Shown piece after piece: positions 1 through 12,998 of a stretch of 64,000 nt of DNA. The translations under genes were made by a program, and so were the position numbers. Position 1 is the first letter of the stretch; each line of letters opens with the position of its first letter. This DNA comes from Octopus vulgaris (taxonomy: Eukaryota), in contig OX597837.1 in assembly GCA_951406725.2 (NCBI GenBank), positions 43,524,001 through 43,588,000 on the forward strand, read 5' to 3'. Below the pieces are notes generated by a model. The model was not told the DNA's origin. It was given only the letters and a program-made list of their open reading frames with translations, and did not search any database.

Positions 1-86
<86 letters not shown>

Positions 87-239
87 ATATTTATATATGT
101 ATCGATGTATCAATCTATCTGTGTATATAAACACATAATAAATAACAGTGAACCCTCGAGAAATGAAGTACGATGATATCTTTTTAGGTAAGTGTTAGAA
201 CATTCATTAATTTCTCAAGTCCATAACAACGTACGATAT

Positions 240-392
240 GATAATATCATAATAATAATAACAATAACAATAATAACAATAATAATAATAACAATAATAA
301 TAATAATAATAATAATGATAATAATGATGGTTATAATAATAATAATAATTATAATAATAATAGCAATAATAATATTAATGATAATAATAATA

Positions 393-439
<47 letters not shown>

Positions 440-545
440 AATAATAGCAATAACAATAATAATAATGATGATGATAATAATAATAATAATAATAATAATA
501 ATAGCAATAATAATAATAATAATAATAAGAGTAATGATGATAATG

Positions 546-590
<45 letters not shown>

Positions 591-677
591 GCAATATTAA
601 TAATAATAATAATAAGAGTAATGATGATAATGATAATAATAATAATAATGATAATAATGATAATAATGATAAAAATA

Positions 678-717
<40 letters not shown>

Positions 718-884
718 GAGTAATGATGATAATGATAATAATAATAATGATAATAATGATAATAATGATAATAATAATAATAATAATAATAGCAATATTA
801 ATAATAATAATAATAATAATAAGAGTAATGATGATAATGATAATAATAATAATAATGATAATAATGATAATAATGATAAAAATA

Positions 885-960
<76 letters not shown>

Positions 961-965
961 GAGTA
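240..965. repeat. (TAA)n/(TGA) compound trinucleotide microsatellite with higher-order repeats
   Basis: Long ATA/ATG array; the block AGAGTAATGATGATAATGAT recurs at ~528, 615, 717 and 822. Confidence 0.95.
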
Positions 966-1164
966 ATAGTGTTCTTTCATTCCTTCCATTTTCTTTGGTT
1001 TGGTTATTTCAGTTTTTTTATTATTAATTTTTATTTTTACAGTTTTATTTGTCGATGACTTACTGGAAGATGTGAGGAATCAATCAAAAGTTTGTTTACT
1101 TGAAATAAATATATATTTTTTGTTATTTTTGTATTTCTTTTCTTTTCTTTTATCTTTATTTACC

Positions 1165-1244
<80 letters not shown>

Positions 1245-1466
1245 GTATGTGTGTATATGTGTTATTTTTTTGTAAGCCAATGTTTTCGTTTAATTGCGAG
1301 ATAGACACACAATAGAAGCAAATTGCATTTAATAACTTTCGACGAAAACGCAGCGAAAATATTTTTCCGTCGTCACATTTTCGCGAATATTGAAAGAATG
1401 CGCGAAGAGAAATATGTACATATAAACATATACATACACACACACACACACCCTACCCACACACAA

Positions 1467-1505
<39 letters not shown>

Positions 1506-1635
1506 CATATAGATACATACATATATACATATACATATATATATACGTTTATATATATATATATGTGTGTGTATATATATATGTATGTGTGTGTGTATGT
1601 ATGCATGTATGCATGTATGTATGTATGCATTTATT

Positions 1636-1676
<41 letters not shown>

Positions 1677-2274
1677 TGTGTATATCTGAAAATACATACA
1701 TACACATATTTATATATATGTATATGTATATATATATATACATATGTGTATACAAGTATATATTTTCACTTCGTTAGATGTAGTTTATCAACTAAAACGG
1801 TTTCACTCATCACCAAGCGATGGTATAATGTTTCTAATCATTGTCCATCTGCTTTTATTTTTGTTCTTATGTTGTTTTCGTCAAATTTATTCTTGTTATT
1901 GTTGTTGTTTCAATTCGTATCTGCTGTTGTTGTTATTGTCAATGTTGCTTTCTTTGCTTTTGTATTTGCTTTTTGTTGCTATTTTCTTGTTGTTATTTTT
2001 GCGTTTATTGATGTCGTTTTGTTGTTGTTGTAAGCTGTTAAAGAACAATCCCATCAGCGGCCGATGTTATTCGCTACTACTACCCACTTACGGCCGAGTA
2101 AATGGTGGCGATTAAACCAACCCTTTGCAAGTGAGAAATTTATATGTGCCTTCAGCAAAACCCACGAGAGTTGTATGAGATCCTTGAGAGTCAACTGCCC
2201 TCATATCTCGGCGAGGGGATGTGTCCAATCAGTATTACCAAAACTATTGAAATATTTATGCTGTGACACCATCA

Positions 2275-2583
2275 CTTTTACTCTTTTACTCTTTTACTTG
2301 TCTCAGTCATTTGACTGTGGCCATGCTGGAGCACCGCTTTTAATCGAGCAAATCGACCCCAGGACTTATTCTTTGAAACCCTAGTACTTATTCTATCGGT
2401 TTCTTTTGCCGAACCGCTAAGTTACGGGGACGTAAACACACCAGCACCGGTTGTCAAGCGATGTTGGGGGACAAACACAGACACACAAACACACACATAT
2501 ATATATACACAGACACACACACACGCACACATATGTATATATATACGACGAGCTTCTTTCAGTTTCCGTCTACCAAACCCACT
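2275..2583 (-). mobile_element. SINE family A copy, 5'-truncated
   Basis: Matches the 3' two-thirds of the full copies (e.g. 57707-58105), including the (AAAAGAGT)n tail. Confidence 0.9.
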
Positions 2584-2689
2584 AACGTCTGTGTCCACAT
2601 TTAGTTGTATATATAAGCACAAATATACTGAGGTTCTCTACAGCTGTTGCAGATATATTTTCTATTGATGAACAAGTCAATTACATCAT

Positions 2690-3010
2690 GCAAAAATGAC
2701 CGTGCCCTCGTCCTTATCGTTGGTGGCTCCGTGCCAGCTACTCTGCATTTTCCAAGGTGACTTCGAGTCTCTGGAGATGTTCCTTAATTATGTCCAGCCA
2801 TCTGGCACAGGGCCTAACATGGGGCCACTTCCAGCGGCCACAGCTGCCGCGACGAACGAGACTAAGGCCTTGGTGAGATGATCTGGTGAGGGGTGGAGGA
2901 CATGTTTAGACCACGCATGCGGGGGATGGCTATGAGGCGGGAGGCTGAAGGCTGCTGCAGGCGAGAAAGCAGCTCTTCTCACGGAAGGGGAAGATCCGCA
3001 TTAGTGCGAT
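2690..3010 (-). mobile_element. Degenerate RTE-clade LINE ORF C-terminus
   Basis: GC-rich island; with frameshifts the minus strand reads QQPSASRLIAIPRMR/W..HVL...WKWPHVRPCARWLDIIKEHLQRLEVTLENAE*LARSHQR*, resembling the RTE motif RLRWFGHV..WKRPRGRP..RWLD...DR..W. Confidence 0.7.
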
Positions 3011-3600
3011 TGCCAAACGAAATACAGTGTTCCTACAAGCAACTAATACCTACATAGATATTAACATTCTGGGTGTAGCATTATGCTATTATTATGGCTT
3101 GAAATATAACAGTCGTAACCGAATTTCTGCAAGCATTATACAATGGTGACAGTCTATCGTTATTTAGCCTTATTACTTCATTATGCGTGTACGTGTATTT
3201 GTAAGTATACACGTATATGTCTACACATTTATGTATGTATGAACGCACGCATATATGTAACAATGTATGTATCTATAATGTATATATATATGCATGCACG
3301 TAGGTATATATGAATGCATCTGTATGCATGTATATGTTTGTATGCTTATTTATATGCATGCCTACATATACTTACGTAGCTATATATGAATATGAATCTA
3401 TCTGTATATGTTTGTATGTCTATTTATATGAGTGTAGGTATGTACGAAAATTTGTAGGTATATGTGTCTCTGTATGAATGTATGTATATGCACATATACA
3501 TATAAGTGCATGTATGTATTTATGCATTTATGTATATGTATATATATATATATATTTTTTTCCCTCTGTCTTCCGTTCTCGGGATCTTTCCTTCTCCTAT

Positions 3601-3635
3601 GCTTCCGACGAAGAGCTCCGCTCGAAACGTTAAAC
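3601..3635 (+). ncRNA. Variant minimal hammerhead-like motif in a Penelope-type repeat module (~3556-3738)
   Basis: GCTT-CCGACGA-A-GAGC-TCC-GCTC-GAAA-CG-TT-AAAC; related to 27035 and 62374; core has U4>C. Confidence 0.5.
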
Positions 3636-3835
3636 CCTCCTTCTTCCCTTCTTTCCTGAGCGTCCAATAATACTTTATTTGTTCCACGTCCTCACGTTGC
3701 TGTGTTTTTTTTTGTGTTTTCTTGTTTGGATTAACTATGTATATATATATGTATATATGTATATGCATGTATATCTAAACACACGCATACAGACATATAT
3801 GTATATAGATATACATATATATATATATGTATATG

Positions 3836-3867
<32 letters not shown>

Positions 3868-4224
3868 TGTATGTATGTATGTATGTATGTATGTATGTAT
3901 GTATGTATCTATGTATGTATCCCATATGACAAGCAAAGTGATATAAAACGAACATTAAACAAGAGAATCAACAATTCTGGAATCAAATTACACCATAATT
4001 ATAATTAATTACATCTGTCTTCGTTTTCTTAATTCGATTCCTTATTTGCTCAAACGATTTTCCAGCCAATCAAATACTTTGAATCAGTTTTCGCGTTCAA
4101 AAAGGTCCTTTTTTTTTCAGTTCAGCTCAATTAGTTTTAATCAACGAAGAAATCCGGTTGCCTATTTCCTACTTAATTCCGCGCTGCCGCCATGACTGTA
4201 GCGGCTGCCGATGATGCAGTGACT

Positions 4225-4229
4225 GCCGC

Positions 4230-4269
<40 letters not shown>

Positions 4270-4276
4270 ACTTCTG

Positions 4277-4359
<83 letters not shown>

Positions 4360-4450
4360 TCTACTACTACTACTACTACTACAACAACTACTACTACTAC
4401 TACTACTACTACTGCTGCTGGTGTTGCTTCTACTACTAATACTACTACTG

Positions 4451-4486
<36 letters not shown>

Positions 4487-4590
4487 TTACTACAATAATA
4501 ATAATATTCTACTACTACTACTACTACTACTACTAATAATAATAATAATAATAATAATACTATAATAATAAAATTTTTGATAATAATAAT
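4225..4590. repeat. Compound (GCT)n/(ACT)n/(TAA)n microsatellite
   Basis: Direct reading; explains the poly-A/T/Y ORF 4192..4536. Confidence 0.95.
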
Positions 4591-4659
4591 AGCAACAACA
4601 AAGTCCGTCGTATAATGTATATATATATATGTGTGTGTATTTGTAGGTGTATGGATGTG

Positions 4660-4684
<25 letters not shown>

Positions 4685-4695
<11 letters not shown>

Positions 4696-4821
4696 TAGAG
4701 GGAAACCACTATGTGGAAACCCTTATGCTAGAAATAGATCCGCTATGGTCTTACCGACCATAGTGGATCTATTTCTAGCATAAGGGTTTCCACATAGTGG
4801 TTTCCCTCTAATATGTATATA
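4685..4821. repeat. Near-perfect palindrome (66-bp arms, 5-nt loop) inside a (TA)n-flanked module
   Basis: 4685-4750 is the reverse complement of 4756-4821 with one mismatch (4742 G vs 4764 T). Confidence 0.95.
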
Positions 4822-5527
4822 ATACATTTTACTGAACCTTCAGTTTTTTTATATGCAAGACCACTGGTTTGAAATCGATGTTAATTAAATTAATATCTAA
4901 TCTCTCACCCTCATTTTAAATATATATATATATATATATATATAAGTGTGCGTGCGTGTGTGTATATACTGGGAACAAGATGATATACGAGATAATACAA
5001 GATGATAGATTCAGAGTCTGATGCCTTTGTCCGTGCCCTTTACTTCTCTCGTCCTATTAGCTATGTTCTGTACTTCCCTGATCCAACGCTAGTAATAACA
5101 GCTCACAAAGCACGTTTTCCTCTCATTATTTCAGTTTTATGTTCGTGTCAGAACAGCAAGAAATGTCCTATTTAGTAGGTTTTCCTACCAAATAGAATTA
5201 TGTAAAAGCAATGGGACAGCGACAACTATATTTCATTAATTGGTAACACGCAGTGAAAATTAACTTTGTTTCCTGCCACTATTTGTAATGTTCTCTGCTT
5301 GAGTCGCAATGTTTGCTGCTGAGCAATCACATGAAACCCAGCCAAGTGAGTAGCGACTATTTTCGTAAACTAATAACCAAGATAATAAATACAACTACAG
5401 AATGTAAAAGCTAAACAACGAAGAGAAACTGAATTATGTGGAATATAATATGTAATCTCAGGTAGCTTGTATTGATATTCCTATTGATTAAAATACGTAT
5501 GACCAAGAACCCAGATCACTAAATGTA

Positions 5528-6092
5528 TTGGGTTGTCCGGAAATTTCGAGCCGATTTTTAAAGGAAAGAAAAAGGTCAATAAATACTTGCCATTACAGTT
5601 TTAATCAACCAAATATGAACCATTTTGTTGCACAATGCGTCTCCATCGTTCCTTTAATTTGAAAATACCCTATTCCCAGAATTGAGGTGGTTTCATGGCA
5701 AAGAATTCATCAAGGTATCTTTTTACGTCATCCAAGGAATTGAAAGTTTTACCATTAAGACTATTCTGCAGAGACCTGAATAAGTAGAAATCCGAAGAAG
5801 CAATATCTGGTGAATATGGAGGGTGGGGTAACACATCCCAGTCGAGCTGCAGCAATTTTTGTCTGGTCCCCAAAGCATCAAGTGCGAAAATGAACTTTCT
5901 TAGCTTCCGCTTTAAAGGGTTACATAATAAACACAGGTTAAAGGAACATAAACCTTCTTCCACGAAAAGATAGCTTAAACTGTGCTCTAAATGGAGGTGT
6001 AGTCAAATCCTATTTCATGGACTCAACCATATTCTAAAATAAGTCGAAAGGTAAGCTACTATGAATTGGCACAAACTTTCCGGACAACCCAA
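5528..6092 (-). mobile_element. Internally deleted mariner (MITE-like), both TIRs, TA target duplication
   Basis: TA|TTGGGTTGTCCGGAAA ... TTTCCGGACAACCCAA|TA; ORF 5670..5963 contains [32 protein letters not shown] (mariner YSPD(L/I)AP-like motif). Confidence 0.95.
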
Positions 6093-6228
6093 TAATTATT
6101 TAACTAGGAAGTCCATCAAATCGAATCAAAAAAGCATTTCAGCCGTGAGAATCCCATTGTATATTTTAAATTTTTGGACGAGCATAATATACCTATAATC
6201 ACATAATTTGCCTTTAATTAAAAAACGG

Positions 6229-6290
6229 TAAGCTGCAATTAACGATAAGCTGCAATTAACGATAAGTTGCGATAAGCGTTAAGCTGCAAC
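6229..6290. repeat. Short 17-bp tandem repeat (TAAGCTGCAATTAACGA)x2 plus partial copies
   Basis: Direct reading. Confidence 0.8.
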
Positions 6291-6646
6291 AAAGACGGCA
6301 AGCTGGCAGAATTCTCACCCCCCTCTGACGAAATGCTTAGAGGCATTTCTTCCGGCTTTTAAAATTCTCAAAACAGCCAAGCATTGCCTCTACACAAAAT
6401 AACTCATGCTCACACGTTCGATTCTTGGTGCTCATTTGTTTCCGTTATGTAAATATATTCATGAAGTCGGGTCCAACTTGGTGCGCAGAGAATTTCGGCT
6501 TCGATCAGAATAGTTTTTGGAGAAGTTCTGAAAAGTCACCTTCAACATATGCTATGGAGGAAACTTTAAATAGCGCATGACAATTAATCAATAATTACAG
6601 AAATTATTGCGTCATAACGTAAGATTGATTATATTGAACTACGAAT

Positions 6647-7024
6647 GGAAGCACTCCGTCGGTTACGACGACGAGGGTTCCGGTTGATCCGAATCAACGG
6701 AACAGCCTGCTCGTGAAATTAACGTGTAAGTGGCTGAGCACTCCACAGACACGTGTAACCTTAACGTAGTTCTCGGGGAGATTCAGCGTGACACAGAGAG
6801 TGACAAGGCCGGCCCTTTGAAATACAGGTACAACAGAAACAGGAAGTAAGAGTGAGAGAAAGTTGTGGTGAAAGAGTACAGCAGGGTTTACCACCATCCC
6901 CTGCCGGAGCCTCGTGGAGCTTTTAGGTGTTTTCACTCAATAAACACTCACAACGACCGGTCTGGGAATCGAAACCGCGATCCTACGACCGCTAGTCTGC
7001 TGCCCTAACCACTGGGCCATTGCG
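6647..7024 (-). mobile_element. Full-length tRNA-derived SINE (family C) with 11-bp TSD
   Basis: Minus-strand head CGCAATGGCCCAGTGGTTAGGGC (A box) ... GGTTTCGATTCCC (B box); GAACTACGAAT duplicated at 6636-6646 and 7025-7035; 3' stem-loop GTTGAT-TCGG-ATCAAC. Confidence 0.9.
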
Positions 7025-7244
7025 GAACTACGAATAGTAAGCTGTAGAAGTAAAATGATTTCCACGCTCTATTTTTTAATATTTGTCATAATAGATAGTC
7101 TATTGATATTCGTGAAATTTTAGATATTTATCCAGCAGAACAATCTACAATTTCCAATTATGTCTGATTTGCAATATCTGTGAGTGTGCTTAATAATGTA
7201 AGAAATAGGGTTACAACAACGAACTTACCATATCATATATCTAC

Positions 7245-7587
<343 letters not shown>

Positions 7588-7615
7588 AGAGTATATATGT
7601 ATATCTATATGTATG

Positions 7616-7684
<69 letters not shown>

Positions 7685-7748
7685 GTATATATATATGTAT
7701 ATATATACATATATATGTATATACATATATATATATATATACACATAC

Positions 7749-7835
<87 letters not shown>

Positions 7836-8224
7836 TGTCTGTATGTATATATGGCTGGGCGTGAATGTCTACTTATTTAGAGGTTCATCTTTATCTAATA
7901 AAAACAAAACTGCAGCGAGCGAAATGCTATCGAAGATCCGTCTCACACGGTCTCACATCAAATCAAATTCACCTAATTCATTGTCACAAAGCAGCGAAGA
8001 TAATTTTATATTGTGACGGTTTATCTCGTTTTGAGGATTAAGTTATGTTACATTAGATAGATTAGTGGCTTATCTGCTGGGAGACGCGTCAATCAATTTC
8101 TTCGTCGCCATATTGGTTTTTCCTAGCTAAGCACATGTGACATATGAACATTTATGCATGCATATATGTAGGTAAGACGAAGTGTATGCAAACTATGAGT
8201 GTGTAAGTATGTACGTATCTATGT

Positions 8225-8262
<38 letters not shown>

Positions 8263-9220
8263 GTATATATATATAATATATTGATATATATATATATGTG
8301 TGTGTGTGTATATATAGACGTATATAGATAGATACATATGTAGATAAAATTATGCATACACATCTCTATATATGCGTACACATATTAAATATATGTTTAT
8401 ATATCATATATGTGTATAGCTAGCTAGCTAGACATTCAGCAGTTTATATACATACATACATATATATATATAGCATACATCTTTCTGTCTACATCTATCT
8501 ATCTATCCATGTATTTATATACGTGTGTGTATAGGTGTGTGTCTGTGTATCTACGAATAAAAGTACAACAGAACTTACTGCTTTCGACGATGCATCTTCG
8601 ACAGTTCTCTCTACTGAGCTTTCATCTTATTCTGTTAAGCATCGAAATAGATGAGTATTTGTATGTGTACTCGCAATCCTATCATAAGGTAAGACCTCCG
8701 AGACTTGTTGTCTTACATATTTTCAGGTTTGAATCACAGGCAAGCTTCCGTTCGGCAGACTTCAACACAATTTCCATGAAGCTAATATTCCGATAAGAAA
8801 GAACTGGTCGGCCATAATCTATAGCAGATGATATTCTTTTAATCTGACATAAGCTGAGCAACGTAGCAATGAGAAAACGAACTTCTTATATTATCGCATA
8901 TTCTACAGAAATGCATATATACAAAATGGCGGTGTTCCATCCCCATCGGAACCAACAATCTTCGAAACCACCAGAAGAGGAAAGGAAGAAATCAAAATTA
9001 CCAGGCAATTACCTCCATCGACTCTTCTATGCAAGAATTAGTGGACTTTGTCATGAATGCCATCAACATAAAGGAAGCATTCAGCAAATAAAAAAGATAT
9101 TTCTCCGATAAAATATAAAGCTTGCGACGGTGCTTATGCACACATACACACAGTCCGTCATACACACACACGCACGCACACATACACACACACACATGTA
9201 TATTTATGTGTGTGTGTGCG

Positions 9221-9255
<35 letters not shown>

Positions 9256-9347
9256 TTGTGTGTGTGTGGATGTATGTATGTATATTCTATCTCGCTATTT
9301 CTTTATCTATCTATCTGTTTATCTATATGTGTATGTATGTGTCTGTG

Positions 9348-9412
<65 letters not shown>

Positions 9413-9966
9413 TATATGTATAGATATATACACGCACAAACGCATACATGTATAAAGACACCAGCAAATGTATATTTACACAATAATATAAATACTATAT
9501 ATATGCATATACGGGTACAGGACGTCACCAACAGTAAACAACATGAAATACGAAAACAACTGAGTTAAATACGCAAATAACGAGAAGCAAAAAATGGGAA
9601 ACAAGACAAGTAATAAAAAGAAAACAAAGAACGACCCTTCATCAGTTGTCGGCTGTCTATCTACTCCCCATTTCGAGCCAGTATATGTGTGTGTACTCTG
9701 CATACCATTTTAGACTCTGGTTTTTCTGTTAAAATAATGATTTTTAATAATGTTAATGTAATATATTATTTTAAAACATTGATTTCTATTTATTCATTCG
9801 TGCTAATGTGTTTGCTGTTATTATTTATTAGTATATATGATTCTCGGTTGAATTATTGGTGAAACACAAATAGGAAAAGAAAATTCGATTGCATTCATTT
9901 TATGAATTAAAAATAAAACTGAAACCTCAAAAAATCGACCGACCATCTCGAAATATATATATATAT

Positions 9967-10050
9967 ACATAATAAATAACATTAGGGTAATAAGAAGTAT
10001 ATAAATTATTATTACCTGTGGCCTTATTACCCTAATGTTATTTATTATGT
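9967..10050. repeat. Perfect inverted repeat (28-bp arms, 28-nt spacer) at the start of a hammerhead-bearing module
   Basis: ACATAATAAATAACATTAGGGTAATAAG (9967-9994) vs its reverse complement at 10023-10050. Confidence 0.9.
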
Positions 10051-10205
10051 TTAAATACTTGTTGATAAATTTGTTCGAAAGTTTACCGGCATTCCCTCTG
10101 TCGCCGGATATAATCTGCATCTGCGAAGTGGTTTGAAAAGTTAGGATATACAGACAGCTAGTTTACATGTCGATCGAGTAGTGTGTATATTTGAATTCTA
10201 AAGGC

Positions 10206-10277
10206 TTCCTACTGATGAAAACTAGCCTTAGTAAATATTTTTTTTACTGGAATTAGTTAGAAACCATGGTCTAGGAA
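10206..10277 (+). ncRNA. Type I hammerhead ribozyme motif, minimal stem III (Penelope/retrozyme type)
   Basis: Stem I TTCCTA/TAGGAA; core CTGATGA (10212-18) and GAAA (10260-63); extended stem II (AACTAG/TTAGTT, TTAGTAAA/TTTACTGG) with an A.A mismatch at 10.1-11.1; stem III C-CATG-G with palindromic loop; GTC cleavage triplet (cut after 10271). Confidence 0.8.
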
Positions 10278-10413
10278 CTAAATGAGATAGTAAACGTTTT
10301 TAATTTTCCTTCCTTTCGAGAATTTGTCCCTAATTAATGGTTTGCGTATTCTATTGCTCTTTCTAGCACAAGGCTTTCCTATTTCGAAGCCTCTTGATGT
10401 GTTTTATTGTACA

Positions 10414-10463
<50 letters not shown>

Positions 10464-10466
<3 letters not shown>

Positions 10467-10760
10467 GTATAAAGAAAGGAAAAATTGTAGGTGTAGACGA
10501 TCTTTAATTCATAATCGAGGTTGGTACATAACCAGTACACATTCTACATAATTTATGATTTAGTATTCTACGCTGAAGAGAAAAGAAGTTTGGGTAACGT
10601 AGAATTATTTAATATTTAATTCTCATGCTTTCCTAAAAACTTGATTTCGAAACGTGCGTCCGTAGATAACTTAAAATTGTATGATAGATTGCCGTCAATT
10701 CATTCTCTCTTACTAATTGCTGTGTTTTTTATAGCTGCTATTTCTAAATATTTATTGCTT

Positions 10761-10815
<55 letters not shown>

Positions 10816-10874
10816 TAAGAAAGGATAAAATTGTAGGTGTAGACGATCTTTAATTCATAATCCAGGTTGGTACA
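10464..10874 (+). repeat. ~65-bp direct repeat (10464-10528 and 10810-10874) bracketing the second hammerhead
   Basis: AAATTGTAGGTGTAGACGATCTTTAATTCATAATC..GGTTGGTACA in both copies, each following a (TA)n run. Confidence 0.9.
10567..10666 (+). ncRNA. Type I hammerhead ribozyme motif with canonical core
   Basis: Stem I TCTACG/CGTAGA; CTGAAGA (10573-79); stem II GAAA/TTTC plus AAGTTT/AAACTT (G10.1-C11.1); GAAA 10649-52; stem III C-GTGC-G; GTC triplet (cut after 10660). Confidence 0.85.
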
Positions 10875-11867
10875 GATCCAATATGAATTCTACAAATTGT
10901 TTCAGAGTCTAATAGCAGACATGTATATACATACATACATACATATATATACATATATACACACAAATACACGAATGCTTCATAGATATACATATAGCAA
11001 TATTATCTTCGAACAATTTTTATTTATTAAAGAATATATATACATACACACGTACGCTCACACACACACACACGCGCGCGCACGCCCCAAAATGCATACA
11101 TATATCCATCCAGTGATACATACATACAGACATGAAAACAAACAAACTTACATATAATTCGCTAGCGCTGAAACTTCGGTCATGCAAACCAGTAAGTTAT
11201 AACAACATAATGCATTTATTTGACTATTGGTACACTGAGAAAAAAAAAGGGGTGGGGAATAGCAAAGGAACAGCAGAGAAAAACTACGAGAAGTTTAATC
11301 GTTAAAGATGATCAGTCACATTAGGTGTTGATTGGTGCAGGTTTCAAAATTACGTCTATGCGTGTTGCTCAAAACGGTGCAAATGGAATTTAACCAGCAG
11401 AACATTATCGATGTAAATGTAAATGTGAAAAATAGAGTCGAGCTAAATTGTGAAATGCCACCTTTTTTTCTGCGAAAAATTTTGCTTAAAAATTTTTTAG
11501 GAATGATGCATGCAGTTCTCTACTAAATATTTGTTGTGGTTGCATACATTTGTAAATATATATTCGTATCTCCTCCTCCCCCTCCTCTTCCTTTTTTCGT
11601 CTTTTTTTCTTCTTCTTCTCCTCCTCCTCCTCCTTCTTCTTCTTTTCCTTATTCTTCTATTTCTTCTTCTTCTTTCCATTCGTGTAGTTGTTGTAGTTGT
11701 TGCTTTCTTTTGAATCATTATCTTTATCTCCTTTTTGATCATGTAGTAGTAGTAGTAGTAGTAGTAACAGCAGCAGCAACAGCAGCAATATTAGTTGTAA
11801 TAGCAGCAGCAGTAGTATTTGTTGTTATTGTAGTTGTTCCACATTAAATAATCATATAAAATAACAG

Positions 11868-12070
11868 TTTCAAATTTGATCACAGCGCCCAGTAACTTCG
11901 TCGGGTTGTGATAAGTCGATTACTTCGGCCCCAATATTTAAATTGGTACTTACGAAAAGACGAACGAGAAAGTGGACCTCGGTGGAATTTGAACTCAGAA
12001 CGTAAGGACGGACGGAATAGCGCTAAGCAGTTTGCTCCGTGCGTTACCGATTCTGCCAGCTTGCTGTCTT
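11868..12070 (-). mobile_element. SINE family B, diverged copy
   Basis: GACCTCGGTGGAATTTGAACTCAGAACG ... GATTCTGCCAGCTTGCTGTCTT matches the family B head. Confidence 0.8.
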
Positions 12071-12575
12071 AGCTTTTCTCTAGAGAAATTTTATCCATCA
12101 TAAAACCCATTGAAGGCCTTCCCAGAATTGAGACAATCTTATAAATTGTAAGACTTAGCAAAACCAATGTATCTTATCCGTTGTTCCCCTAATTCTACTT
12201 TAGCATCTCAACTTTTTCCCCACGTATGATACTACAAACGTAATGTTATATAAAACCCAATTTGATGCTCAATATTAAAAACTTTATAGAAATATACGCC
12301 TAGCAACCTTGCGGAAACTTTACAGAAAAATAGTTTTCGATAAAATGAAAGAAAAAGCAACATATTAAATAATGATGAAAATATTTCCAACCCGAAACCA
12401 TTTCCTCATAAAATTCCATAAAGTCCCACAGAATTGCCACCGCCAGGCAATTTCGGTAAGGTAGGAATTACAGAACTTAATAAAAAGAAAATATTCTACT
12501 TTAAAATAATCGATTCAGATTCTAGTGTACTCTGCCTTTATGAAGAAATCTATTCATCTATCTATCTATCTATCC

Positions 12576-12651
<76 letters not shown>

Positions 12652-12688
12652 GTCTGTTTGTCTGTCTATCTATTTATCAGAAAGTCTG

Positions 12689-12769
<81 letters not shown>

Positions 12770-12938
12770 GATTTCTTCTGCACATGTACACACATACACG
12801 CAAAAATAGCCCGTTGAAACTCCAAAGATGGAACTTTGACTCTAGGTTTGAAACCGGTTCTTTCTCTATTAACAAGAAATGTTGAAATAAAAGTGAATGA
12901 CATACACACATGCACACACACAGGCACACAAGCAAAAC

Positions 12939-12998
<60 letters not shown>

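Noticed and set aside
192-1058. 288-aa poly-Ile ORF, and the many YI/CV/HT/YLSI/MYVC/poly-N/L/R ORFs across the window
   Set aside because: Translations of microsatellites with no domain content
4192-4536. Poly-Ala/Thr ORF with a Kozak-like GCCGCCATG
   Set aside because: Runs straight into compound trinucleotide repeats; no splice or homology support
6950-7024. tRNA-like sequence (also at the heads of families A and B)
   Set aside because: No complete cloverleaf; it continues into a SINE body flanked by a TSD, so it is a SINE head rather than a tRNA gene
8680-9111. Possible exon(s): AG|GTAAGA at ~8688, TTTTCAG| at ~8727, short open frames
   Set aside because: The implied intron is only ~39 nt, the frames contain stops, and I recognise no protein
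9510-9680. Minus-strand GAAA ... CTGATGA words suggesting a permuted hammerhead
   Set aside because: Stems I and III cannot be formed convincingly; probably a truncated repeat fragment
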